This document shows, piece by piece, positions 46,402 to 55,451 of a stretch of 64,000 nt of DNA. This stretch comes from a virus, in IMG/VR virus record IMGVR_UViG_3300028549_000092, positions 1 to 64,000 of that record; one strand, given 5' to 3'. The notes under the pieces were generated by a model that ran no database searches, was not told the origin of the DNA, and saw nothing but the letters and a program-made list of their open reading frames with translations. Each line of letters opens with the position of its first letter. The stretch's first letter is position 1. The translations under genes were made by a program, and so were the position numbers.

Positions 46402-47421
46402 TTAATCCCCATTCGGAGCGGGAGTTCCGTCTGTACTTGTTGTACTATTGACGATAACCGCTTCTTGAATCGGTTCGACATCGTTAGCCGAACCAATATC
46501 TTCACTTACGTCTTCATGTTTAACGTCTTGGATAACTACATTACCTTCGGGATCAACATCGTAATCAGTTCCAGTAATATCACAAATTTCAGCAGTTGTG
46601 TACATGCCATTAAGCAGGTCATCTGCAATTTGTCTAGCACCAAACGTAAACGCTCTAACGTCTAGTTGATTCTTTAGATATTTAACCCATGCAGAATCCG
46701 GTTTGCTAATATCGAAAAGACCAGCTGAAACTGCATCTTGATAAGTAAACCGTTGTCTAACTTCACGGATCTTAATCTCATTAGTTAAAGGAATCTTAAC
46801 AGGTCTAGTGAAAAGGTATTCTGTAACATAATCACTAGGAGTTAAAGTACCAGTAGTAGTTGAAAGTAGATGAGTAGCTTTGTTGATCTTAGCTTTTTCT
46901 GCATCTTCAGCGCTCCAAACAAAAGCAGCTTTATTATACAGACCACAATATTCATCATTAAGCCACTCAAGAAACTTACGAGGAGTGAGACAACTAGTCC
47001 ATTGTTCAACACTATCCGTGTAAGTATATTCAGGTACATAATCAAGAACTTTCTCCCAATAAACACCTGAACCAGGTCTAAGAAGAATAGCTCTAACAAG
47101 ATGGATATCTATTCCTACTTTACCTTTAACCACTTGAATGTGATTACTAGCAGTAACGAAAGGAAGACCCATTTCTTGACATTGAAGATAAACTCCAAGA
47201 GCTTCTGTAGCATCCTCTACTCCAATGTTCTTACCACCTATGAGTTTATTAAAAAACTCTATTGCCCGTTCAGTATCCCTATACACATCTATGTTCAGTG
47301 TCCTAGGTGTACCAATACCTTTTAAATGACCTCTTCCAACTTTAGCTACCTTATTAGGTTTATCACCTTTTTTAGTACCATCGTCAATAGGAGTAAGATC
47401 GTTGCCTTTTGTTTCCGACAT
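46402..47421 (-). CDS. RecT-like single-strand annealing protein (339 aa from ATG 47421)
   Basis: Central QCQEMGLPF...HIQVVKGKVG and C-terminal WVKYLKNQLDVRAFTFGARQ resemble the RecT family pattern. Moderate confidence only. Confidence 0.45.
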   Translation of the reverse strand: MSETKGNDLTPIDDGTKKGDKPNKVAKVGRGHLKGIGTPRTLNIDVYRDTERAIEFFNKLIGGKNIGVEDATEALGVYLQCQEMGLPFVTASNHIQVVKGKVGIDIHLVRAILLRPGSGVYWEKVLDYVPEYTYTDSVEQWTSCLTPRKFLEWLNDEYCGLYNKAAFVWSAEDAEKAKINKATHLLSTTTGTLTPSDYVTEYLFTRPVKIPLTNEIKIREVRQRFTYQDAVSAGLFDISKPDSAWVKYLKNQLDVRAFTFGARQIADDLLNGMYTTAEICDITGTDYDVDPEGNVVIQDVKHEDVSEDIGSANDVEPIQEAVIVNSTTSTDGTPAPNGD

Positions 47422-47493
47422 AAATATAAACCTTTTTGTAGTTAATACAAACAATACTAGTAAAAACTTTACCAATAGTAACGAAATATTTTG

Positions 47494-48747
47494 TTAAATC
47501 GTCACTTCGGGTATGGATAGAAAAGTATGCGCCGAAATGGAGAACTTCTTTTGTAGCGTAGTTACAGATTCCTGTTCTTTTGTTCCTAGCATCACCACGT
47601 TTAGAATGGAGGGGTATTTTTTAAACGTTAGCCCTGCGATCCTTGACTTTAGTTCGTGGTAAGCAAGAGTTTTATAACTGGTAATGATAAGTACATCTAC
47701 ATCTATTATAGATACCTTTTTGTCGATACTACCAGTAATGCACAGCCAATTGAAGGCTTTAGCGTTAAACTTATCTACCATTAGCCTAGTCAGTACGGTT
47801 TCACCGAACATCTTAGGTTGACCTTTATTGTTGCCGGACTTGCACAGAATGTAGCCACCTTTGCTCTCGTCGAACAAAGGTATAGATTTCATCGAAGCGT
47901 GAATATTATGCGATAATTCGCCCCGTTTTAGCCTTAATTCGTCTAACTGTTCCCCAAAAGTCCCATTCTTACTAAGAATAAGAACTTGTCTACCAACGAG
48001 ATAACTTATAAGTCCATTAACAGTATCTACTTTAGACTTGTTAACAGACAGAAGTCGTTCTCTATCGGCAATAAGGGTTTGATAATGAGTAGCCCGTTCA
48101 AATAGAGCAGTAGGATTGTAATACTTATCAATCTCAGCAAACATATGAATCTCTGTATCAAGATCTGGTTCCCAACCTCTCGATCTAGCAAACTCTTCTC
48201 TAAAGTCATAAGGACTCATATTAGGAACCGTAGTACCTTGAATACAAGCTATGAGATTATCATAGTTATTATCAAAGATTCCAATGGTCTCAGTCATAGC
48301 TTCGTTAATGTTATCGAATCTAGTCTGATCTTCTGCATTAAATACTACTCCAAAGTTGTTTTCACAATAAGTATTAGTACCTAAATCTGTAACCAATGGA
48401 ATAAGGTCTCTAAGTCTAATAGGCACTTCGGCTTTAGTAAAACCTAGAATGTATTTAGACTTGCAACGTTCAACACTAGCAACATAGAATGCATGAATAA
48501 ACTCCAAACTTGTAAAAACACTACAAAAAGCAACAGTTTTGTCACCGTGCATCTCTGTATATTTAATAACATTGTTAGGTAGAAGTTTAACCAAAGCATC
48601 ATACTTATAACCAATAGCATAAACGTTCACTTGTTTACCTTCTAAATGACCAACTAACTTTTGAATAGCGTTAATCTCATCTTCCATGCTAACTTTAAAA
48701 GAACATCTACCGTTGTGTTCTTTCCAAACTTTGAGAATATCAACCAT
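47494..48747 (-). CDS. Helicase-C-like (SF2-type RecA2 domain) protein, no clear Walker A seen
   Basis: VLILSKNGTFGEQLDEL...ITGSIDKKVSIIDVDVLIITSY...LKSRIAG resembles the helicase C-terminal domain. I could not find a GxGKT motif. Confidence 0.35.
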   Translation of the reverse strand: MVDILKVWKEHNGRCSFKVSMEDEINAIQKLVGHLEGKQVNVYAIGYKYDALVKLLPNNVIKYTEMHGDKTVAFCSVFTSLEFIHAFYVASVERCKSKYILGFTKAEVPIRLRDLIPLVTDLGTNTYCENNFGVVFNAEDQTRFDNINEAMTETIGIFDNNYDNLIACIQGTTVPNMSPYDFREEFARSRGWEPDLDTEIHMFAEIDKYYNPTALFERATHYQTLIADRERLLSVNKSKVDTVNGLISYLVGRQVLILSKNGTFGEQLDELRLKRGELSHNIHASMKSIPLFDESKGGYILCKSGNNKGQPKMFGETVLTRLMVDKFNAKAFNWLCITGSIDKKVSIIDVDVLIITSYKTLAYHELKSRIAGLTFKKYPSILNVVMLGTKEQESVTTLQKKFSISAHTFLSIPEVTI

Positions 48748-48777
48748 AGTAATATGATTAGCGTTAGTAAACTCTAT

Positions 48778-48802
48778 CCCTCCTTACTAAAGGGGGAGGT
48801 TC
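48778..48802 (-). repeat. Dispersed motif copy (reverse orientation, intergenic, more diverged)
   Basis: Plus strand reads ccctccttactaaagggggaggttc. About 30 nt upstream of the 417-aa gene ATG and co-oriented with it. Confidence 0.65.
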
Positions 48803-48820
48803 TTCATTACTGGCAATCTG

Positions 48821-50959
48821 TTAATCAAACAGACCACCAGTATGAAACATGTCCTGCCTAGCTCTCTTATCTTTAGCTGTGTTTTTAGTCTTACCGGTAA
48901 CAATACCGTAAGCCAGTTTTTCAGCAAGCTTAATATAGAAAGGATAGTTAATGTTGTAATTACTAAGATCTTCATAATGAATATAGTTGTTGAATATAGT
49001 AACTCCTGTACCAACTTGAAGATTAGACTTCTTTGAAACATTAGTAAACTTAGGATCTTCAACTTTGAAGAGAATAGTATTATCTTTAGAGCAATAAAAT
49101 CTAACTTGTCGCTGAATAGCGGTCATTATAGATTCCCCTGTAGAAGAGACGGAGTTGATCATTGGCACAAACTTACGATCCATATTCTGCGTAGTACAGA
49201 AAAGATATATGTCACGTTCATTCTTTATAGTATCTGATATCGGTACACCATGAATTAGGTATTCTTCTACAGATTTAGCCACGATTGGCATACTAAAGCC
49301 CTTCTTTAAATCTTCCGTATGAAGATACTGGTTAAGGTCTCCTTTACGTTTAATATCAAGAAACCCGTCCTTTTTACGCTTAACAGTAATGTAATTATTA
49401 ACATCACGTCTAGCGTAAGTAATGTAATCAGTATACTCAAGATCAAGGTTGACATCCTTTTCCCATTGTTTACAAGTTTTATAATAAATATCTTCTTTAT
49501 CTTTAGGTATAATACAAACAATACCATCTGTATTAGCAGACACGTTTTGAATACCTACTAGATATAGTCTTTCGATAAGCATGATTAGGCTAAGTTGACC
49601 ATTAAGAGTAATAATGAAAATACACATAAGGTCGTATAGAAAACTATACTCGAAGCCGAACTTACCGAACATACCAACGTTAATAGTGATCTTAAGACTG
49701 TCAGCTTTAGTTTTATCACCAGCTTCTTTAGCTTCAATACGTTCATCTTTCATAACGCTAGTAATAACTAAGAAAGCTTCTCCGTCTAAATGGGCAGGAG
49801 CAACCTTATTGTTAATACATAAACTAGGATAATAACTAGCAACGTCAGCATCTCTAACACTACCTTCAGCACCTTCTTTAAATATTCTAGCATCATCTTT
49901 TGAATGTAGACCTCCAGACCCAAACTTATACGTTATGTTGTTAAACTTAAAAGATATTTCAATGTCCTTTGTAGTAGTAACACTCATGTTCTTGAACTTA
50001 TCAAGTAGACCTTGACATTCAGGAGTAACAAACGTAATGTTAGGATTAAGCATAGGCCCAACCTTCATGCTTTTACGATAAGTTCTCAGATTCTTATATT
50101 CATGATAAGGTATACCAGTGTATTCACTGTAATACTTACTAATGAACAGATCTGCAATCTTACTGTCAGATGCACAAAGAGTATTTAGACCAAACTTCTC
50201 GTTAATATCAAAACGAAGTTGAATCTTTTCAATAAGAACTCTAAATAGATCACAACAACCATATACATCGTTAGCATTGTAAACTCTAATTTCAGACACG
50301 TAATCTTTAATCACAATTCTATCCCAATCTTCTATTAAAAGTAGATTGCGATCATCTAAATTGGGATTGTAGAAAAACCTATCAAGTTTACTTATAGGAG
50401 GCATCTTATATTCAAGAATCTTATACCAACAAATATTAATAAGTGTTTGTTTAAGACTCTTATGAACCTTATCAAGAGCAGGAATCTTTTGTAGATCAAT
50501 GCTATAAAAGTTCATGTGAAAGTTATTATAAACTTTATATTGCCAATCTTCATAAAGCTGGTAACGTTCACTATTAACGATCAGTTTAGAAAGATCGTAA
50601 AGTTTACGATTTAGTTTATCAAGTTTAATATTATTCATAACTTCAACACCTATACATTTAAGCATAAGGTTGTCATAACCAAGAATATTAAAACCTGATA
50701 GGTAGTCACCATCTGAAACATATTCAAGTAGAGCATACGTATCGTCTACAATATAACCTCCAACAGAACTTATTTCAAATACTCTTTTAGGAACAGCTTC
50801 GATAGTCTTAATCTTAACCAGTTCACTAACTAGAAGCTTTCCCTTTTTATCGTATAGCGGCATAATAGCCGAAAGATAATCTGCAACGTCTACAAAAGTA
50901 AGCACAGCATAATTAGGGAAAGTTTCAATATCGTACATCTTAACTAAATTCATCTTCAA
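48821..50959 (-). CDS. Family B DNA polymerase
   Basis: ExoI YDIETFPN, motif A DADVASYYPSL, motif B KITINVGMFGKFG, motif C SANTDGIVC. Confidence 0.9.
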   Translation of the reverse strand: MKMNLVKMYDIETFPNYAVLTFVDVADYLSAIMPLYDKKGKLLVSELVKIKTIEAVPKRVFEISSVGGYIVDDTYALLEYVSDGDYLSGFNILGYDNLMLKCIGVEVMNNIKLDKLNRKLYDLSKLIVNSERYQLYEDWQYKVYNNFHMNFYSIDLQKIPALDKVHKSLKQTLINICWYKILEYKMPPISKLDRFFYNPNLDDRNLLLIEDWDRIVIKDYVSEIRVYNANDVYGCCDLFRVLIEKIQLRFDINEKFGLNTLCASDSKIADLFISKYYSEYTGIPYHEYKNLRTYRKSMKVGPMLNPNITFVTPECQGLLDKFKNMSVTTTKDIEISFKFNNITYKFGSGGLHSKDDARIFKEGAEGSVRDADVASYYPSLCINNKVAPAHLDGEAFLVITSVMKDERIEAKEAGDKTKADSLKITINVGMFGKFGFEYSFLYDLMCIFIITLNGQLSLIMLIERLYLVGIQNVSANTDGIVCIIPKDKEDIYYKTCKQWEKDVNLDLEYTDYITYARRDVNNYITVKRKKDGFLDIKRKGDLNQYLHTEDLKKGFSMPIVAKSVEEYLIHGVPISDTIKNERDIYLFCTTQNMDRKFVPMINSVSSTGESIMTAIQRQVRFYCSKDNTILFKVEDPKFTNVSKKSNLQVGTGVTIFNNYIHYEDLSNYNINYPFYIKLAEKLAYGIVTGKTKNTAKDKRARQDMFHTGGLFD
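49129..49153 (+). repeat. Dispersed motif copy
   Basis: tagattcccctgtagaagagacgga. Antisense inside PolB, read as SSTGES. Confidence 0.85.
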
Positions 50960-51278
50960 TCAGTTTTAGATCAATTCTAAAATTAGCAGGAATATCATCT
51001 GCATCCATCATACTGTTACATACTTTGGCGTTCATCAGATAAGAAGCTTTAACATTCCAATTTAGAATATGGGTAGCTTCTTCTATTCTACAACAAAGAG
51101 GTCTAGTGTCGTAAACGGAGCACTTATTATCAACAGTAAGTTTTTCACATACACCGTTATCATCACAAGTATAAGGAAATCTTAATAGATTATGAACATT
51201 ATCATTGTTCACACCATTGATAATACTTCTAACTCTTTTACAACAAGCCCCACAACTAGTACAAGGAAATTTAAACAT
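50940..51278 (-). CDS. YkgJ-like CxxCxxCC Zn/Fe-chelating domain protein
   Basis: FPCTSCGACCKR and NKCSVYDTRPLCCR match the YkgJ/UPF0153 pattern. Its end overlaps the PolB start by 20 nt. Confidence 0.6.
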   Translation of the reverse strand: MFKFPCTSCGACCKRVRSIINGVNNDNVHNLLRFPYTCDDNGVCEKLTVDNKCSVYDTRPLCCRIEEATHILNWNVKASYLMNAKVCNSMMDADDIPANFRIDLKLIEDEFS

Positions 51279-51669
51279 TATCTAAATAAACTAGATTACG
51301 ATGAAAGTCTTCTCCACTAAAAGGAATCTTCAAATCTGAGTAAGATTTAACATCTCTATCTTCGAGTGGATCATTATCACAATAAATCAAATAGGGATAT
51401 ATAATAGCCCCATCCCAAATAACAACAATATGAAAATTACTCCAACCCATACGTATCATGAGATAAGCATCACCAGCTATCACCATTGGATCAGTATGTG
51501 TAGCGTGAGTAATTTCAAACTCATCTTTAAGAACAAAGGTATCAATGGTAAAAGGTAGTGCTACACCAAAGTCATCACAAAAGTCTTTAACAACATGAGC
51601 AATGCTCATTGGACAACTTCTATCTTCACGATTCTTAACTCTATTCATATCCTTAATCACAAATTCCAT
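51271..51669 (-). CDS. Hypothetical protein (132 aa)
   Basis: ORF in the operon. Confidence 0.6.
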   Translation of the reverse strand: MEFVIKDMNRVKNREDRSCPMSIAHVVKDFCDDFGVALPFTIDTFVLKDEFEITHATHTDPMVIAGDAYLMIRMGWSNFHIVVIWDGAIIYPYLIYCDNDPLEDRDVKSYSDLKIPFSGEDFHRNLVYLDNV

Positions 51670-51681
51670 GACAATCTTAGT

Positions 51682-52215
51682 TTAAAGTTTAACTTTATGA
51701 ATCGGACTTATGTTACGTCGATATGATTTAGCTAATTCAACTATATCAGACCTATCGACTTTAAAATTAGGATGGTAAATAGGATGAATGATCCTATTAC
51801 CAACAGTATAATCGTTATTAACAACTTTTGCAAAATTAACTTGTTGACCAAATAGATAATTAGTAACAAATGCTCCAAGAGGAACTATAAGTTTCATCTT
51901 ATCTGTAATTTCATTGTTTAGATTAAGCTTTGAACACTTATGAAAATCCAACTCAAGTTCTTTATAATCTTCTATTTCATTACGTTTAGGTTTACACTTT
52001 AAAACGTGAGTAAAATATACATTATTAGAAGTTAGATTTTGTTCTTTAAGTACAAGCAGAAACTCTTTAAAACTATTGCTAGTATATCCAATACCTGTTT
52101 TATCTTCCATGTATCGAGGATAATCAGATATTATAACAATATTGGCATTAATATTACCAATAGGCATTACCATATTCTTACGAGTAATGCATAGATCACA
52201 ACCTAAACATTCCAT
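51682..52215 (-). CDS. Uracil-DNA glycosylase superfamily protein (family-4-like, divergent motif A)
   Basis: N-terminal CLGCDLC, LKCKP and HPIYHP. The position of the usual GEAPG motif reads SDYPR. Confidence 0.6.
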   Translation of the reverse strand: MECLGCDLCITRKNMVMPIGNINANIVIISDYPRYMEDKTGIGYTSNSFKEFLLVLKEQNLTSNNVYFTHVLKCKPKRNEIEDYKELELDFHKCSKLNLNNEITDKMKLIVPLGAFVTNYLFGQQVNFAKVVNNDYTVGNRIIHPIYHPNFKVDRSDIVELAKSYRRNISPIHKVKL

Positions 52216-52427
52216 TCTAAGAACTGTTGTATTAGTTGATCTACTATCATTTTAATGTCTATAGGTTTAACATCTATAATGTGTAGTTTATACTTTAAAT
52301 CTTCTATCTTATTTCTATTACCTTTAATAGTTGTTTTAATAAACCCGTTACTATAGAAAATAATATTAGCAACGTTCTTATTAACTATGACAATATTGAC
52401 AGATTCGTTATTGGGTAAACTCAGCAT
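52203..52427 (-). CDS. Hypothetical protein (74 aa from ATG 52427)
   Basis: The ORF-track start at 52472 lies inside terminator hairpin 52445-52470, so the internal ATG is preferred. Confidence 0.5.
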   Translation of the reverse strand: MLSLPNNESVNIVIVNKNVANIIFYSNGFIKTTIKGNRNKIEDLKYKLHIIDVKPIDIKMIVDQLIQQFLEWNV

Positions 52428-52436
52428 TTTAATTAG

Positions 52437-52470
52437 ATTTAAAAGAAGGCTAGGAACCACCCTAGCCTTC
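52437..52470 (-). terminator. Terminator downstream of the 188-aa gene
   Basis: gaaggctagg-aaccac-cctagccttc, then on the minus strand ttttaaa. Confidence 0.7.
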
Positions 52471-52580
52471 AAGCAATGATTATTAGTTAAACTGATAGCG
52501 TCATGTACTTAATGATTAAGCATACCAGTATTACGAATTTATAGTTCGGTACTAGTCGCGTAGTCGCCACGTTTAATAGG

Positions 52581-53147
52581 CTACCAAGCCCCGTTAAGTT
52601 TCTTGTTTTTAACACGTCCTTTAGTCTTTTGTTCAAGTTTCCGTTTCCCATTACGATTCTTACCGCTTTTAGCAATAGAAGCGTTAAACGGTTTAGATAG
52701 AGCACTTTGGATAAGGATGCTAGGTATCCCATGTCTTTGTAATGAAGTAGTGTGAATAACAGTACGATCTTTACTAATGAAAGCCACCTCATGGTGTTTA
52801 ACCGTAGCTGTAACACTAGTTTCATATTCTGAAATATCTTCAAATACAATAACACTTAAAGCTACATCTTTAGTACGCAAAGTACTAGCATATGCTTGTG
52901 CTTGAGCAACTAGATTAGAAGCAATCTCTAACTTACCACAGCCAATAACGGCTATAAAAGGTTTTGTAAGAGTTTGTTCAGTAGCTTCGATAAGAGGAAT
53001 CTTCTCACTTAAATCTTGAAGCTTACCAAAGTTAACAATGTTAACCTGTTCAACAGGATTTATAGGATCTTTTTTAACATTTCGTTTAGGTGCAGTAGAT
53101 CCTTTTTTAGGTATAGGCTCTGTTGCAACATCATCTACATTAGCCAT
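52581..53147 (-). CDS. Hypothetical protein (188 aa), basic C-terminal tail
   Basis: ORF with a KKGSTAPKRNVKK N-terminus and a KNRNGKRKLEQKTKGRVKNKK C-terminus. The central part, PFIAVIGCGKLE..., is possibly Rossmann-like. Confidence 0.65.
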   Translation of the reverse strand: MANVDDVATEPIPKKGSTAPKRNVKKDPINPVEQVNIVNFGKLQDLSEKIPLIEATEQTLTKPFIAVIGCGKLEIASNLVAQAQAYASTLRTKDVALSVIVFEDISEYETSVTATVKHHEVAFISKDRTVIHTTSLQRHGIPSILIQSALSKPFNASIAKSGKNRNGKRKLEQKTKGRVKNKKLNGAW

Positions 53148-53174
53148 AAAGTTAAGGGTTTTGAGTGTAACGTT

Positions 53175-53507
53175 TTAATCAAGATTATCTTCACGAGCGA
53201 TATAATGATACAGATGTTGACCAGCTTCAAGTTTATCATCAAACGGTGTAATCATATCAGTCATATCCGAGAATTTAATAACGTAAGTATCTTTTGGAGC
53301 TTTTCTATCACTAGCTAATGTAGCAGGTTTAAGAATAGTAGTAGCGTACTCATACGCGTCATCCTTGTTAGCCTCAGTCACAATGATAAATTCATATTCA
53401 ATGTGACCCTTTGGCTTAGCTAAACTTGGATTAAGATGTTTGGAATAAACAAAGTTACCTTTGAAATCTTCAAGTCTAAATCCTAAATCTTTATCTGTAA
53501 GTTTCAT
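53175..53507 (-). CDS. Hypothetical protein (110 aa from ATG 53507)
   Basis: The upstream part of the track ORF overlaps the helicase gene in another frame. ATG 53507 lies 8 nt after the helicase stop. Confidence 0.55.
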   Translation of the reverse strand: MKLTDKDLGFRLEDFKGNFVYSKHLNPSLAKPKGHIEYEFIIVTEANKDDAYEYATTILKPATLASDRKAPKDTYVIKFSDMTDMITPFDDKLEAGQHLYHYIAREDNLD

Positions 53508-53514
53508 AAGCAGG

Positions 53515-55035
53515 TTATTTGTAATAAATGAAAAGACAATACTCGGTTCTACTAGCACCAACATATAGAAGCCTATTGACAAGTTCAATGTCAGAACTAG
53601 GAATACTCCCACCTCTATAAATAATATCGGTAAGATTAACAAACACGTGTGTGTATGTACTACCTTGACTTTTGTGAATGGTAAGACCATACCCATAATC
53701 AAGATCTTTACTAATAACCTTTTTCTCTTTGTAACCAGTATCTTTCATTATGTCTACCATAATAAGATTCTCATTCTTAAATTCAAAGAAGTCTTTCCAT
53801 CGCTTAGAACGTTCACTACCATAAGTAGCACTTTCAGCATAAGAAATCTTTTGAAGAGCTATAGATTTAAACCTAGCAAAAGAATTAAAATCAGTATGAT
53901 CGACAACAAATAGATTAGGTGTAACTTTACCAGTAGCAACCTCTACAAGTTGTAGAAGAAAACCTTTAATAGCCCACTTGTTTTCATAGCGGGTCATACG
54001 TTGAATGATATAATCTTCGGAGTTAGTAATCTTAGCATCCATAAATTCATCAACAACAGTAGAGTAAGAAGTGATTAAGTCATCACTAATAACAGGAGAT
54101 TCATCATGACCAGGAAATATACAATCTCTGATGTGCTTATTCCAATCTAGGATGTTATCGTTAGTAAAAGCTAGGTATTTAACCCAATCTACATTACTCT
54201 CAATATTAGGTTGAAGAAAAGCTCTATTAACAGTAGCGGTAAATTCATCAATGTCATTCATTAACCAATAACCTTTACCATTAACAAATTTCCTAGGATG
54301 TTTAAGCAGGTGTGTAAGATACTTGTAATTCTTACGTTTAATACTATCTCGAATCATTACGAGAATATCTGAAACAGGATTGTCATCACCTTGTCTAACA
54401 ACTTCTGTTAGTTCAACACAATGATCATCTGGAACATCAAACGCTGTAGAACTACGTTCATTAACAGGAGGTAGCTGATAAGGATCACCAATTATAAGTA
54501 GTTTAACTTTGTGAGTCTTACAAAGATTCTCAATGAAAACCACAAATTTAGCCACAAGCATAGAAGCTTCATCAACTATTAAAACTTTCTCGTTTTCAAT
54601 ACTAGGTTTACCTAGAGGATCAAACTGAACGTTAACAGGATCGAAAGTATCTAAATTAAAGTTAGGTCTAAATCCACAAATCTTATGGATAGTCTTAGCT
54701 GTTAAATTAGCACTTTTAGATGCCACTCTACATGCTTTATGAGTAGGAGCTGTAATACATATACCACTACGAAAAGGTAGACGTTTAATAATCTCTTTCA
54801 TAATGGTAGTCTTACCAGTACCAGCAGGCCCTTTGATAACAAACCTATTGTAATCTTCAGGATCATAAGCCCAATCAATAGTAGCGTTTACTGCAAATCT
54901 CTGACCATCATTGTAAAATGCTGGAAGATCACTAGAATCTCTAACAGCAAATGTATCAGAACGAGTAATTCCTTTTTCGTTTCTAGCATCAACAACAGAC
55001 TTGTCGAGATCATCTATAATATCATCAATATTCAT
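53515..55035 (-). CDS. SF1 (Dda/RecD-like) DNA helicase
   Basis: Motifs GPAGTGKTT, LIVDEASM, GDPYQLPPV, TIHKSQGST and YVGASR. Confidence 0.85.
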   Translation of the reverse strand: MNIDDIIDDLDKSVVDARNEKGITRSDTFAVRDSSDLPAFYNDGQRFAVNATIDWAYDPEDYNRFVIKGPAGTGKTTIMKEIIKRLPFRSGICITAPTHKACRVASKSANLTAKTIHKICGFRPNFNLDTFDPVNVQFDPLGKPSIENEKVLIVDEASMLVAKFVVFIENLCKTHKVKLLIIGDPYQLPPVNERSSTAFDVPDDHCVELTEVVRQGDDNPVSDILVMIRDSIKRKNYKYLTHLLKHPRKFVNGKGYWLMNDIDEFTATVNRAFLQPNIESNVDWVKYLAFTNDNILDWNKHIRDCIFPGHDESPVISDDLITSYSTVVDEFMDAKITNSEDYIIQRMTRYENKWAIKGFLLQLVEVATGKVTPNLFVVDHTDFNSFARFKSIALQKISYAESATYGSERSKRWKDFFEFKNENLIMVDIMKDTGYKEKKVISKDLDYGYGLTIHKSQGSTYTHVFVNLTDIIYRGGSIPSSDIELVNRLLYVGASRTEYCLFIYYK

Positions 55036-55064
55036 CGGATTAGGTTTAACTTTAGTAAGCTCGA

Positions 55065-55088
55065 TCCTCCTTTCTACAGGGGAATCTA
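55065..55088 (-). repeat. Dispersed motif copy (reverse orientation, intergenic)
   Basis: Plus strand reads tcctcctttctacaggggaatcta. About 30 nt upstream of the helicase ATG and co-oriented with it. Confidence 0.9.
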
Positions 55089-55451
55089 AAAGGGAACTTC
55101 AATAACTATAAGATACATACAGATGACATCTTCATAAACATGTAGAATGTCTCGATTACCTTGTATTACCATAGTTCTTTTCTTAATATCACCTCTAGCA
55201 TATGGAGAATCTATACCTTGAATAGCTACATCATCTAACCACATTACCTTTGTATCATAGTTGATAATAAGATTTGCATCATACAACCAATTAAGATAAA
55301 AGCCTAGTTGAATCTCAAAATGAAGAGTAAAGAAGTTACCTAGATTAATACCAGTAACATCTTTATTGTTTTCAGTAAACCATTGAGCAAATAGTTTAAT
55401 ACCAACAGATCTATTGCTAAACCATTCAGTCGTTAATAATCTTGGTAACAT
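55086..55451 (-). CDS. Hypothetical protein (about 121 aa; start uncertain)
   Basis: The ORF overlaps the upstream ORF in another frame. Candidate ATGs are at 55529, 55472 and 55451. Confidence 0.45.
   Translation of the reverse strand: MLPRLLTTEWFSNRSVGIKLFAQWFTENNKDVTGINLGNFFTLHFEIQLGFYLNWLYDANLIINYDTKVMWLDDVAIQGIDSPYARGDIKKRTMVIQGNRDILHVYEDVICMYLIVIEVPF

Noticed and set aside
46396-46410. The perfect 12-bp palindrome GGGATTAATCCC at the end of the RecT-like gene as a restriction or operator site.
   Set aside because: It is a single occurrence overlapping a stop codon, with no partner sites seen. The evidence is insufficient.
48821-50959. Intron or intein interruption of the DNA polymerase gene.
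   Set aside because: The Exo and Pol motifs A, B and C occur in order in one continuous 712-aa frame of ordinary length. No endonuclease-like insert was seen.
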